Positions 46,187 through 55,672 of a DNA stretch of 64,000 nucleotides are shown here, piece by piece (the stretch's first letter is position 1; every line of letters starts with the position of its first letter). The stretch lies in contig CAIPMU010000019.1 of assembly GCA_903866275.1 (NCBI GenBank), positions 34,763-98,762 of the forward strand, written 5' to 3'. The notes beneath the pieces were generated by a model. That model did not search any database, was not told where the DNA came from, and saw nothing but the letters and a program-made list of their open reading frames with translations. Both the position numbers and the translations under genes were made by a program. The DNA is from Vampirovibrio chlorellavorus (GTDB lineage: Bacteria > Cyanobacteriota > Vampirovibrionia > Vampirovibrionales > Vampirovibrionaceae).

Positions 46187-47683
46187 TTAATCCTCTATGA
46201 ACTCATATTCTCGTTCGCGCGTATAGCCTGATGCTTTGACTGGAACAGCAGGGCCGGGCTGATTGCTCGGGTCGAAGCAGGCCTTGATCGCATCCGCGAT
46301 GGTGCTGACCTGAAACGATTTCAGCTTGCTGGGCGCAGGCGAGCCTTTGGCCGCGGAAGCCTTGGCCAGATCCATCTGCGGCAGCAACATGCGCTTGAAT
46401 CCGATTCGCTCGGCTTCCTGCAGGCGGTTCAGGGCTTGCCGCACCGGGCGGATTTCGCCGGTCAGGCCAATTTCGCCCGTCACCACGGTGCCGGGAATGA
46501 CCGATAAATTACGCACACTGCTGATGATCGCCACGGCCACGGCCAGATCGGCGGCAGGTTCGTCAATACGCAGGCCACCGACTACGTTCACATACACGTC
46601 CTGCCGGGAGAAATCGAGGCCCAGACGTCGCTCCAGCACGGCCACAATCTGGTGCAGCCGGTTGAACTCCACCCCATTGCCCACCCGGCGCGGGGTGGAA
46701 TAGGCCGATTGCCCGACCAGCGCCTGAATTTCTACCAGAATGGGCCGACTGCCCTCAATGGTGGCGGCCACCACGCTCCCCGGCAAGTTACCGGCGTTGC
46801 CGAGCATACTTTGGGAGAGAAACAACTCACTGGGGTTGCTGATTTCCTTGAGTCCGCCCTCGGCCATCTCGAAGACGCCAATTTCTTGCGTACTGCCAAA
46901 GCGGTTTTTGACCGTGCGCAGGATGCGGAGGTTCTGGTACTTGTCGCCCTCAAAATACAGGACGGCGTCTACCGTGTGTTCCAATAACTTGGGACCGGAC
47001 ACCACGCCTTCCTTGGTCACATGGCCTACCAGAAAAATGGGCACATTCAAGGTTTTGGCGGCATCCATCAAAATGGCCGCGCACTCTTTAATCTGGCTAA
47101 CGCTGCCGGGGGTCCCGCTGACATCCGGGCAGTACATGGCCTGAATACTGTCGATCACCACCAAATCGGGGGTGGCCGCCTTAATGACTTCCAGAACCTG
47201 ATGAATATTGGTCACAGCCAGCACAGAAATCGTTTCCGTGGCCAATTGCAGGCGTTCAGCGCGCATTTTAATCTGGAAGGGCGATTCTTCTCCGGCGACA
47301 TACAGCACCAACTTGCCCTGCTGCCCCACGGCTGAGGCCATTTGCAGCATGAGCGTGGACTTCCCGATACCGGGATCGCCCCCAATCAGCACATAGCCAC
47401 CGGGCATGATGCCGCCGCCCAGCACCCGATCCAGTTCCGGGAAGCCTGAGCCAAACTGGGCCGTGTGCTCCATTTCCACTTCAGAGAGTCGGACGATGGC
47501 GCTTTTGGGGTTCATGCCCGCAGGCGCCGAGAGCCCTCGTGTCCGCACGGTATCTGTTTTGGGCTTGATGCTAATTTGCTCGCTCAAGGAGTTCCAGCTT
47601 TGGCACTCCGGGCAGCGCCCCAGATAGGACGGCGCGGTGTACCCGCACGACTCGCATAAAAACGTCACTTTATTCTTGACCAT
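46187..47683 (-). CDS. radA: DNA repair protein RadA/Sms.
   Basis: Zn ribbon (CESCGYTAPSYLGRCPECQSWNS), RecA-like ATPase (LIGGDPGIGKSTLMLQ), KNRFG motif and a Lon-protease-like C-terminal domain. I took ATG 47683 (MVKNKVTFLCESCGY); the listed GTG is at 47701. Confidence 0.85.
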   Translation of the reverse strand: MVKNKVTFLCESCGYTAPSYLGRCPECQSWNSLSEQISIKPKTDTVRTRGLSAPAGMNPKSAIVRLSEVEMEHTAQFGSGFPELDRVLGGGIMPGGYVLIGGDPGIGKSTLMLQMASAVGQQGKLVLYVAGEESPFQIKMRAERLQLATETISVLAVTNIHQVLEVIKAATPDLVVIDSIQAMYCPDVSGTPGSVSQIKECAAILMDAAKTLNVPIFLVGHVTKEGVVSGPKLLEHTVDAVLYFEGDKYQNLRILRTVKNRFGSTQEIGVFEMAEGGLKEISNPSELFLSQSMLGNAGNLPGSVVAATIEGSRPILVEIQALVGQSAYSTPRRVGNGVEFNRLHQIVAVLERRLGLDFSRQDVYVNVVGGLRIDEPAADLAVAVAIISSVRNLSVIPGTVVTGEIGLTGEIRPVRQALNRLQEAERIGFKRMLLPQMDLAKASAAKGSPAPSKLKSFQVSTIADAIKACFDPSNQPGPAVPVKASGYTREREYEFIED

Positions 47684-47787
47684 AGCCCCTATTATACCCA
47701 CGAACGCTTGGAATCGCCATTCGAGGTCAAGCCCATGTCACCGGGAGCAATCCCGAAGTCATGACTCCTGAATCACGATGGGCCAAC

Positions 47788-49725
47788 TTATCGGTAGAGA
47801 TCGTCGTAATCTTCCAGCACCAGCACTTCTTCCGCATCCACATAGGCATGCCCGGACGCACTGACCGAGGAAGCGGCCGAAGGCGCAGGCCGTCGGGTAG
47901 AGGCACCCATGCCCGGAACGGAGGGCGTGTCGCTGGTATCTGCATAAAATTTGGGTTGAACGGGCTGGTAAATGGGTTGGGGCCGGGCTGGAAACTGAGG
48001 AATCTGAGATTTTCCGTTGGCCCGCTGGGCTTGCCCTGGCGGCGTGGCGTAAGGCTTTTCCGCAGTCACCCGTCGAATGGGAGTGGCATCGGAGAGGTAG
48101 GCTATGGTCTCGGATTGCACCGGAGCCGCTTCGCGCTGCGGACTGGTTTGCGATGGCTGTGCGGGTCTGGCAGGTTCAGTCGCTCTGGACGGCGCAGCGT
48201 TTCCGGGCGTGCCCAGCCGGTGGGGCACTTCCGGGAAGACGCTTCCCATGCTACCCGCAGTGCCCATCGGAAACGGCAGTGGGGTATTGCTGCTGTCATC
48301 CGAAAAATCCTTGAGCAGGGTCACTGTGTAGGGGGTGGTGGCCACCAGAAACTGCTTGCCTTTCAGCTCCACCAGATGCAGTTCTTTGCCCTTGCCCAGT
48401 TCGGTGGTTTGCAGGACCTGAAAATAATCGCCGCCCACTTGCAGGCGTTCCAGATAGTTTTTCTTGCCGGAATCCGCTCGCGGTATCAGCGGCTGGGCTT
48501 TGGCGGGCGTCACCCGGCTGGTCTCGGCAGTGCTGGATGAAATGCCAACCGTCGAGGTAATCGTTCGGTTCAGACTGGATGCATCAGCGGCAAGGGGTGC
48601 CTGCGTTGCCACGGGTACAGATACCGGTCGAGGCCAGGCAAAAAACGGATCATTACCGCGCTCACCCACCCATTGACGGCCTTCACGCAAGCGGTCGAAA
48701 AAATCGGGATAGCGATCCATCAGCTTGGGAAGCAGAATTTTCATAAACGCCACAGCCAACGCCAGCACAATGCCCAGGCTAAAGAAGATACGCAAGAGTC
48801 CGCCAATCGAGGCCTGCATGGCGGCGGCCTGTCGCTTGCTATCCACTTCCAGCGGCTCAGATTCCGGGTCTCCCGAAATGGGCAGGGCTTCGGCCTCAGG
48901 CTGTGAATGATCGTCGAGTTTGGCTGAAACTGATGCGGTTGCGGGTAATCCGGCAGGCTTGTTTCCTTGTACATGGTTGCCCGGTTTGCCAGATTGTTCA
49001 GCTTTCGGGGTCGTTTTGGCATGGACCGGGGTGACCGATTTGGCGCTAGCGGCCTCCGAGCCTTCGGGTGTCGCGTCATCATCCCCCATTAAGGGTACAC
49101 TCAAAAGCGATTCCTGATTCAGTAACCGGGTCAGGTTAGGTGGTCCGTTCTCTTTCCCCGACGTGGCTTGTTCTTCTCTCTTCTTAGGCTTGACTGAGAG
49201 ATGCTTGCCTTCGCCTGAAACACTGCCCGTGGTTGCTGACGATTTCGCATTGTCGACATCGGCCTTATTGGCCGACTCTGCCGTCTTGCGCTCGCTTTTG
49301 GATTCAGTGGATTTGCTGCTGACAGCAGGAAGCTGAGGCCCGCTACCCGGTTCCCCCTCAAAGGTATGCAAATAAATCTGCTGAGACTGAATCGTGATGG
49401 CCTTGCCTGTCGGCGTTTCCGTCTCCTGCACCAGACTGTTCTTTTTCAGGCTGGGATCGATGCTCAACCCACCTTTATAGGACTTGGGCACATGGATCAC
49501 CATGATGTCATCGCTGCGCCGGATGGAGACATCAGAGCTGGTGGCGGTGTTCAGGTTTACATTGACGTTGCCACCGTCTTTGGAAATCACCAGATCACTG
49601 CCAGACTCAGCCCAACTGGTGGCCATGCTAATGGCCTGCAGGCCAATCAGGGTGGCCAGCACAAACGCCAGTCGCGGTTGCTTGCCCGTACAAGGCAAAG
49701 GCTGATTCAAAACGATCTGTCCCAT
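47788..49725 (-). CDS. Hypothetical 645-aa low-complexity membrane protein. It has a signal/anchor, a possible AMIN-like beta domain, a long acidic Ser/Thr-rich region, one TM helix, a FliO-like motif and a Pro/Ala/Gln-rich C-terminal tail.
   Basis: TM helix LLRIFFSLGIVLALAVAFMKILLP, then ..LGKGKELHLVELKGKQFLVATTPYTVTLLKDF, which resembles the FliO signature (..RERVVVVDVEDARLVLGVTAGQINLL..). N-terminal DLVISKDGGNVNVNLNTATSSDVSIRRSDDIMVIHVPKS is a beta-rich, AMIN-like stretch. Confidence 0.45.
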   Translation of the reverse strand: MGQIVLNQPLPCTGKQPRLAFVLATLIGLQAISMATSWAESGSDLVISKDGGNVNVNLNTATSSDVSIRRSDDIMVIHVPKSYKGGLSIDPSLKKNSLVQETETPTGKAITIQSQQIYLHTFEGEPGSGPQLPAVSSKSTESKSERKTAESANKADVDNAKSSATTGSVSGEGKHLSVKPKKREEQATSGKENGPPNLTRLLNQESLLSVPLMGDDDATPEGSEAASAKSVTPVHAKTTPKAEQSGKPGNHVQGNKPAGLPATASVSAKLDDHSQPEAEALPISGDPESEPLEVDSKRQAAAMQASIGGLLRIFFSLGIVLALAVAFMKILLPKLMDRYPDFFDRLREGRQWVGERGNDPFFAWPRPVSVPVATQAPLAADASSLNRTITSTVGISSSTAETSRVTPAKAQPLIPRADSGKKNYLERLQVGGDYFQVLQTTELGKGKELHLVELKGKQFLVATTPYTVTLLKDFSDDSSNTPLPFPMGTAGSMGSVFPEVPHRLGTPGNAAPSRATEPARPAQPSQTSPQREAAPVQSETIAYLSDATPIRRVTAEKPYATPPGQAQRANGKSQIPQFPARPQPIYQPVQPKFYADTSDTPSVPGMGASTRRPAPSAASSVSASGHAYVDAEEVLVLEDYDDLYR

Positions 49726-49863
49726 AACTTTCCCGTTTTCCGGTTGTTTTAGAGGTTCCGCCGCTGGCCGGATCAGGCAAAATGGCAGGCTGGATAGAAA
49801 CGGTCTGCCCTCACACTCACTTGGGGCAGATTCACCGGATAAAGATTATTATAACAATGCATT

Positions 49864-50367
49864 CTAAAGAAGGTAATCTTTTCCGCCAATGGGACAGATA
49901 AAAATTTCACCCGTGGCCACCATAAAACGCACCGATTTCCCCTTGTTACCGCCCGTATCCGCCTTCTGAATCACAAAACCCTGCTTGGACATGCCCGCTC
50001 GAATCGCCGTAGCGTTGCGCGCCCCAATATTGAGAATGTTTCCGCCCCCGCCACCAAAATTAAACAGTTGCGCGCCTCCGACCATGCGGACCACACTGTC
50101 CCGTTTTTGCCCCCCCAGCTTGGTAAACTGCTCCACCAGAATGGGAATCGCCAGATTGGCGAACTTGCCGGAGAGTTCATCCGCATAAGCTTCGGACAGG
50201 GCGCTTTCTGGCAGCACAATATGGGCGATCCCTGCCACCTGGTGCAGGTAATCATAGATGGTCAAGGCCACACCGGTTCCCAGGTTGGGAATGGTAAACA
50301 CCACCATCTTATTGGTGCTGACATGGATTTCACCCATATCAACCAGTTGTGTTTGCTGCAAAGACAT
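49864..50367 (-). CDS. cheD: Chemoreceptor glutamine deamidase CheD.
   Basis: HVSTNKMVVFTIPNLGTGVALTIYD..AHIVLPES..MVGGAQLFNFGGGG..NIGARNATAIRAGMSKQGFVIQKADTGGNKGKSVRFMVATGE is the full-length CheD pattern. Confidence 0.75.
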   Translation of the reverse strand: MSLQQTQLVDMGEIHVSTNKMVVFTIPNLGTGVALTIYDYLHQVAGIAHIVLPESALSEAYADELSGKFANLAIPILVEQFTKLGGQKRDSVVRMVGGAQLFNFGGGGGNILNIGARNATAIRAGMSKQGFVIQKADTGGNKGKSVRFMVATGEIFICPIGGKDYLL

Positions 50368-50373
50368 ACGGTG

Positions 50374-51267
50374 TTAAGGTTCCTTCGGCGGATTCATGGA
50401 TTCCACTAAATCGCGGATCACCGGCCCCAGCTCAACCAGCTCACTGATCAGCTCCTCGATGTACGCGGTGGTCGGCTGAATGCCAACCTGATTCAGGGCA
50501 GCGTTATCGAGGTTGTACATCAGGCCGTCACTCCCGGAGCCATAACCCACCATGCGGGTCATCAGGTCAGCCAAGTGTACCAGAGTGACCAGCTTGAACT
50601 CATCGGGGGTGGTGTGCTGCGGCATTTTGGAAGGGTTGTGATGATACTTGATGGAATTGGTCAGGCTGAGGGGCAGGTTCCAGGCTTCGGCCACCCGATG
50701 CCCCACGATGCAATGATTAAAGCCGATTACTTGCCCTTCGGCCTGCACAAAATCTATGCGCTCCTTCAGGGTCAGCTGCTCAATCTCGCCATAGTTGGCC
50801 CCGACAAACTCTCCCAGCACCAGCATACCGATGTCTCGCAACAGGGCGGCGGTATAAACCAGATCCGGATTGGGATGCTTGCTTTTTTTGGCAACGTGTT
50901 TGGCGTAGATGGCACAAGTGAGTGAGTTCAGCCAGAGATCACCCTCTTTCATTCCATAGCCGGGCACCGCTTTATCCAGGGCAAACTTGGCAATAATGGT
51001 GTAAACCATACTGCGCAGGGTCGAATACCCCAAAATGGCCACGGCTTCCTTCACGGTGGAGATTTTACGAGCAAACCCATAGGCCGCCGAGTTGCACAGC
51101 CTTAAAATTTGCCCGGTCAGGCTGGCGTCCATCCGGATAATTTCGGCCAGCATCTCGGCGCTGGTGTCTTCGCTATCCAGCAAACGACTGATGCGCAGGG
51201 CTGCGGCCGGGAGTTCCGGGAGTCGCTTGACGCGTTTGACAATATCGTCCAGGGTTGGCTTAACCAT
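50374..51267 (-). CDS. HDOD (HD-related output domain) signalling protein.
   Basis: LPELPAAALRISRLLDSEDTSAEMLAEIIRMDASLTGQILRLCNSAAYGF..ILGYSTLRSMV..HCIVGHRVAEAWNLP. I took ATG 51267 rather than the listed TTG at 51282. Confidence 0.7.
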   Translation of the reverse strand: MVKPTLDDIVKRVKRLPELPAAALRISRLLDSEDTSAEMLAEIIRMDASLTGQILRLCNSAAYGFARKISTVKEAVAILGYSTLRSMVYTIIAKFALDKAVPGYGMKEGDLWLNSLTCAIYAKHVAKKSKHPNPDLVYTAALLRDIGMLVLGEFVGANYGEIEQLTLKERIDFVQAEGQVIGFNHCIVGHRVAEAWNLPLSLTNSIKYHHNPSKMPQHTTPDEFKLVTLVHLADLMTRMVGYGSGSDGLMYNLDNAALNQVGIQPTTAYIEELISELVELGPVIRDLVESMNPPKEP

Positions 51268-51818
51268 AAGGAACCTTTTCAACTTGTTGGTTGAGAATGC
51301 CTCGTGCGTTCAGATTGCGTTTACGATTGATCATCTCTTTTGACAACGCTAGGCCGCTTTAGCATTCTGTGCCTACTATCTTTATATTTTAACGGTTATT
51401 CAAGGGTTTACCTGAATCACGACACTGGATTTCATCCAGTTAAGGGAACGATTTTGCCCGTGCCCTCGGCCATTTGACGGGGAAAGATGACACCCCGTCG
51501 ATCACGCTGCTTGTGCTGGCGCTATGATTTTCCGACACCAGCATATATAATGTTGAACATGTTGGTTCAGTCCTCCACAGGAATGCCTGTTTACGGTGCT
51601 CAACAAGCTCTTTTTGAGCCCTCCCGCGACTTTTCGCCAGATTTCAACCCGTTTGTGTCGGAATCTTGATTACATTTCTCAAAGTTTCTTTCCAAAAGGG
51701 GAAGCTTCAGAAATAATAGGCTAAGCGGACTTGCAGGTTTGAGCACCCCAGGCTGAACCCACATCAGGCACGCTCTCCATCAGAGTTAGATTTTATTTAC
51801 ATTAGGGGACAGGTTTTT

Positions 51819-53117
51819 ATGGAATTTCTAAATCAAGGTTCACAGCAGCAAAACCCCGGAGAACCCTCCCTGTTCTCCAGTGCGAACACTTCTCCCGTAA
51901 GAACCCGGGCCTCCATTAAAGTGGTTGGCGTTGGCGGCGGCGGCAGCAACGCGGTCAATCGCATGATTCAGAGCGGCATGAGCGGCGTTGAATTCTGGGT
52001 GATGAACACCGATGCCCAAGTCATTGAAATGGCCGCCACCGAAAAACGCCTGCAACTGGGCCAAAAAATCACCCGTGGTTTAGGCGCTGGCGGTAACCCC
52101 GCGATCGGGATGAAAGCCGCTGAAGAGAGCCGCGACGATATTATTTCCGGGCTGGAAGGCGCGGACATGGTCTTTATTACCGCCGGTATGGGCGGTGGCA
52201 CTGGCACCGGCGCAGCTGCCGTTGTGGCTGGCATTGCCCGCGAAATCGGCGCATTGACCGTGGGCGTTGTGACCCGTCCGTTCACCTTTGAAGGACGTCG
52301 TCGCCAGCAACAGGCCATTCAGGGTCTGGAAAGCCTGCGCGAAAATGTCGATACGCTGATCGTCATACCCAACGACAAGTTGCTGGAAGTGGTCGAACGT
52401 CGCACCTCCATGCAGGAAGCCTTCCGCATTGCGGATGAAGTGCTGCTGCGCGGCGTGCAAGGCATCTCCGATATTATTACCGTCCCCGGCTTAATCAACG
52501 TCGACTTTGCCGATGTGAAAGCCATCATGAGCCTGTCAGGTTCCGCCATTATGGGTATCGGCAAAGGGTCCGGCGAAGGCCGTGCTCTGGAAGCCGCTCG
52601 CATGGCCGTGAACTCGCCCTTGCTGGAAACCTCGATTGAAGGCGCCAGCGGCGTGATCTTCAACGTCACCGGCGGGCCGGACATGACCCTGCACGAAGTC
52701 AACGAAGCCGCCGAGATCATTTATCAATCCGTGGACAAAGATGCCAACATCATCTTCGGTTCCGTGATTGATGAGCGCATTCAGGGCGAAATCCAGATTA
52801 CCGTGATCGCCACGGGCTTTGAGTTGAAATCGCACCACCAGCGCCCGGAGCAATTCGGCGAAACGCTGAAAACCCCGTTTGAAACCTCGGCAGGGCGCGC
52901 ATCTTCTTATAGCAGCAGCCCAACCGTGGGCCAGTCGTCCGGTAAAACCGCGACGATGCCTGCAGTGCCTGGTTTGCAAGCACCGAGCAGCATGATGCCC
53001 CCCAAGCTGGAAGAAACGCCTGCCTGGAAAGCACCCCAGCAACGCTCGACCAGCACCATGAGTGAAGCGGCACGCAAATTGCTCGATTTGCCTGATTTCC
53101 TGCGCCCCAAAAAGTAG
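51819..53117 (+). CDS. ftsZ: Cell division GTPase FtsZ, with a ~30-aa N-terminal extension and a conserved C-terminal peptide.
   Basis: [37 protein letters not shown] and the C-terminal [11 protein letters not shown] (FtsA/ZipA-binding type). Confidence 0.95.
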   Translation: MEFLNQGSQQQNPGEPSLFSSANTSPVRTRASIKVVGVGGGGSNAVNRMIQSGMSGVEFWVMNTDAQVIEMAATEKRLQLGQKITRGLGAGGNPAIGMKAAEESRDDIISGLEGADMVFITAGMGGGTGTGAAAVVAGIAREIGALTVGVVTRPFTFEGRRRQQQAIQGLESLRENVDTLIVIPNDKLLEVVERRTSMQEAFRIADEVLLRGVQGISDIITVPGLINVDFADVKAIMSLSGSAIMGIGKGSGEGRALEAARMAVNSPLLETSIEGASGVIFNVTGGPDMTLHEVNEAAEIIYQSVDKDANIIFGSVIDERIQGEIQITVIATGFELKSHHQRPEQFGETLKTPFETSAGRASSYSSSPTVGQSSGKTATMPAVPGLQAPSSMMPPKLEETPAWKAPQQRSTSTMSEAARKLLDLPDFLRPKK

Positions 53118-53136
53118 GATTCAAGCACTGGAAGCA

Positions 53137-54234
53137 ATGCCCGATCTCATGAACGTCAATACCAGCGAATCCAAGTCAACCTTTTTAAGCTCCAGAGTGC
53201 ATGCTCTGGAGCTTACTCCCTTGGGCGTAAAATTGCTGGATCAAACTGCCTTACCGGGAGCGGTCCAGTATGTGGATATTCATACGACCAGGGAAATGGC
53301 CCATGCCATTGAAACCATGCTGGTGCGTGGCGCGCCTGCCATTGGGATTGCCGGGGCGTATGGCGTGGTCCTCAGCGCCCGCGATCATTTTGTTTCCGAA
53401 TTGTCGGAAGAAGAACTGCGGGAAGCCATCCGCACCGATTTGAAACGACTGGCCCAAACCCGTCCCACGGCAGTCAACCTGTTTTGGGCGCTGCATGCGA
53501 TGGAGCAGGAACTGGACGCCCCGCTGGATACCGCCGCCGATTTGGTGGATCGCCTCACCCGCAAGGCCGTTCAAATTCATGAAGAAGACATCGAATCCTG
53601 CCAACGGATTGGAGATTATGGCGCCACAATTATTCCTGCAGGCGCTGGCATATTAACCCATTGCAACGCTGGGGCACTGGCCACTGGCGGCTACGGCACC
53701 GCGTTGGGCGTGGTCCGTTCCGCGTTTGCCCGCGATCCCCAGGTGCATGTGTACGCCGATGAAACCCGTCCCCGGCTGCAAGGCGCGCGCCTGACCACCT
53801 GGGAACTGGTGGAAGATGGCATTCCGGTGACTTTAGTCACCGACAACATGTCCGGTGCGCTCATGCGAGCCGGAAAGGTGGATGTGGTTGTGGTCGGTGC
53901 GGACCGCATCACCGCCAACGGCGATACGGCCAATAAAATTGGCACCTACAATCTGGCCTTGATCGCTCACGCGCATGGCGTGCCTTTTTATGTCGCGGCT
54001 CCGCTCTCGACCATTGATATGGCCATGCAAACCGGCGAAGAAATCCCCATTGAAGAGCGCGAGCCCTCGGAAATTTCCACCGTGAATGGCGAATTGATCT
54101 GCTCGCCCGGCGCAAGCTTTTACAACCCCGCCTTTGATGTGACCCCCGCCCGCTATATCACCGGGATTATTACGGAACGTGGTATTGCTCGTCCGGATTA
54201 TGTGGAGAGTCTGGCTGGGTTATTTAGAACTTAA
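53137..54234 (+). CDS. mtnA: S-methyl-5-thioribose-1-phosphate isomerase (MtnA; eIF-2B alpha/beta/delta family).
   Basis: LDQTALPGAVQYVDIHTTREMAHAIETMLVRGAPAIGIAGAYGVVL. The listed ORF starts inside ftsZ; I took ATG 53137, 20 nt after the ftsZ stop. Confidence 0.8.
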   Translation: MPDLMNVNTSESKSTFLSSRVHALELTPLGVKLLDQTALPGAVQYVDIHTTREMAHAIETMLVRGAPAIGIAGAYGVVLSARDHFVSELSEEELREAIRTDLKRLAQTRPTAVNLFWALHAMEQELDAPLDTAADLVDRLTRKAVQIHEEDIESCQRIGDYGATIIPAGAGILTHCNAGALATGGYGTALGVVRSAFARDPQVHVYADETRPRLQGARLTTWELVEDGIPVTLVTDNMSGALMRAGKVDVVVVGADRITANGDTANKIGTYNLALIAHAHGVPFYVAAPLSTIDMAMQTGEEIPIEEREPSEISTVNGELICSPGASFYNPAFDVTPARYITGIITERGIARPDYVESLAGLFRT

Positions 54235-54259
54235 ATGCTGAATAAAAAATTAAAAAATA

Positions 54260-55177
54260 CTAAAAGGGCAAAATAATAGGCACGGGGAAGGGGACGCCGG
54301 GCATGGAAATCCACATGAAGGTCATGCTGCGGCCGTGTTGGGTGCGCTTGAATTGATCAAAATTGCTGAGATGATAGCCCGGTGGACTCTTGTAGTCGGC
54401 CTTGGCTTCGTAAACCCGATGCAAGGTATTGATGTCTCGGGTGGACAAATGTTGGGGCGTTTCCCACGATTCTGCCGTCATGCTGGGATACATCACATCG
54501 CTGCGCTGGGTGCTGTGCGCCCTGAGCCCCAGCATATGCCCAATCTCATGCAAGGCGATCGATTGAGTGGCCGATGGGGTGTAAGCCCTGCCCTCGGGGC
54601 TAATCAGCGCCAGCTTAATATCATTCTTGGCAATAAACTTGCCCCAGGTCTGGAGCTCATTGACCCCTGCGGCTTCGCCGTTGGCCTCCGGCGTCAGGCG
54701 AGTGGCCCAGATCACCTTCACATCCGCGCCTCGCTCATCCGGCATATAGATAAAATGGAAACGAGGCGCCATGGCCTGCTCCCACTCCTGAAAGGCGGCC
54801 TTCACCAGATTCGGGTTATTGGGATTCCAGCCCGGCAGATAAGAGCCATCGGAAATGTACACCAGAAGATACTTGGTCTGATCGTTCCAGCGCATAATTT
54901 TGGACTTTTCCAGATCAAAATAATCCGGGGGCAAAGTGGACAGGTTGTCCGTGGTGGATAACATCAGATTGGAAACAGGCGGGATTTCATTCCCCGGAAG
55001 CGTTGGGGAAGGTGGCGTGGCTTGCGCCTGAACCGGACGGGGCAAACGAGGGGGTTGCTGACTTTGCACCGGATCGTCGGCATGGGCCAAAGGCAACCAT
55101 AATGTCACCGCGATGAGCAACAGTCTGGCCACGGCCCGAAATATGCTCTGAGTGTTGTGAACCTGGATCTGTGCCAT
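54260..55177 (-). CDS. Secreted metzincin-type zinc metallopeptidase (matrixin/M10-like).
   Basis: HEIGHMLGLRAH (HExxHxxGxxH) plus Met-turn VMYP. Signal peptide MAQIQVHNTQSIFRAVARLLLIAVTLWLPLAHA from ATG 55177. Confidence 0.7.
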   Translation of the reverse strand: MAQIQVHNTQSIFRAVARLLLIAVTLWLPLAHADDPVQSQQPPRLPRPVQAQATPPSPTLPGNEIPPVSNLMLSTTDNLSTLPPDYFDLEKSKIMRWNDQTKYLLVYISDGSYLPGWNPNNPNLVKAAFQEWEQAMAPRFHFIYMPDERGADVKVIWATRLTPEANGEAAGVNELQTWGKFIAKNDIKLALISPEGRAYTPSATQSIALHEIGHMLGLRAHSTQRSDVMYPSMTAESWETPQHLSTRDINTLHRVYEAKADYKSPPGYHLSNFDQFKRTQHGRSMTFMWISMPGVPFPVPIILPF

Positions 55178-55565
55178 TATGCGAATTATCCTGTAACTTG
55201 TGTGCTGGAGAAAAACAAGATTCAAGCTGAAAGAACACAATGAACCTTGCCCGCCCTCGTTTTTGCTGGATAGAACCAGCCTGAACCCATTTAATTTGAG
55301 GACAGGGTAGCACAAGCGCAACCGCATGCCAAAACAGCCGTTCATTTTAGAAGAGAGTTCCGATTTTAGTGCCCTAAGGCCTGCCAAATCTAAAATAATT
55401 TTGCTTTTACGAAAATGAACCTCAAGTTTTCCAGCCCCTGACCGATACCCACACTATGAAAGACCCAGTGCCTCAATCAAGCTCGCCAATCGAAGGGTTT
55501 GAAGGTCTGGTCCATACTGCTCGCTCTTCAAGCGTCAATTTGAAACAACGCCGCACGAGCGACCC

Positions 55566-55606
55566 CAAAAACCGCAATCCGGCCGAGGTTTGACCTTGGC
55601 CGGATT
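55566..55606 (-). terminator. Probable Rho-independent terminator for the minus-strand GDE-family gene.
   Basis: AATCCGGCC-gaggtttgacctt-GGCCGGATT is a 9-bp perfect stem, followed on the minus strand by a T-run (the plus-strand aaaaa at 55566-55570). Confidence 0.45.
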
Positions 55607-55672
55607 CCCAATGGAACAGGCAGAGTCATCGGATGCTAAAGCGTGTCCCTCGCTGTAGTTAGTCAAGAGAGG

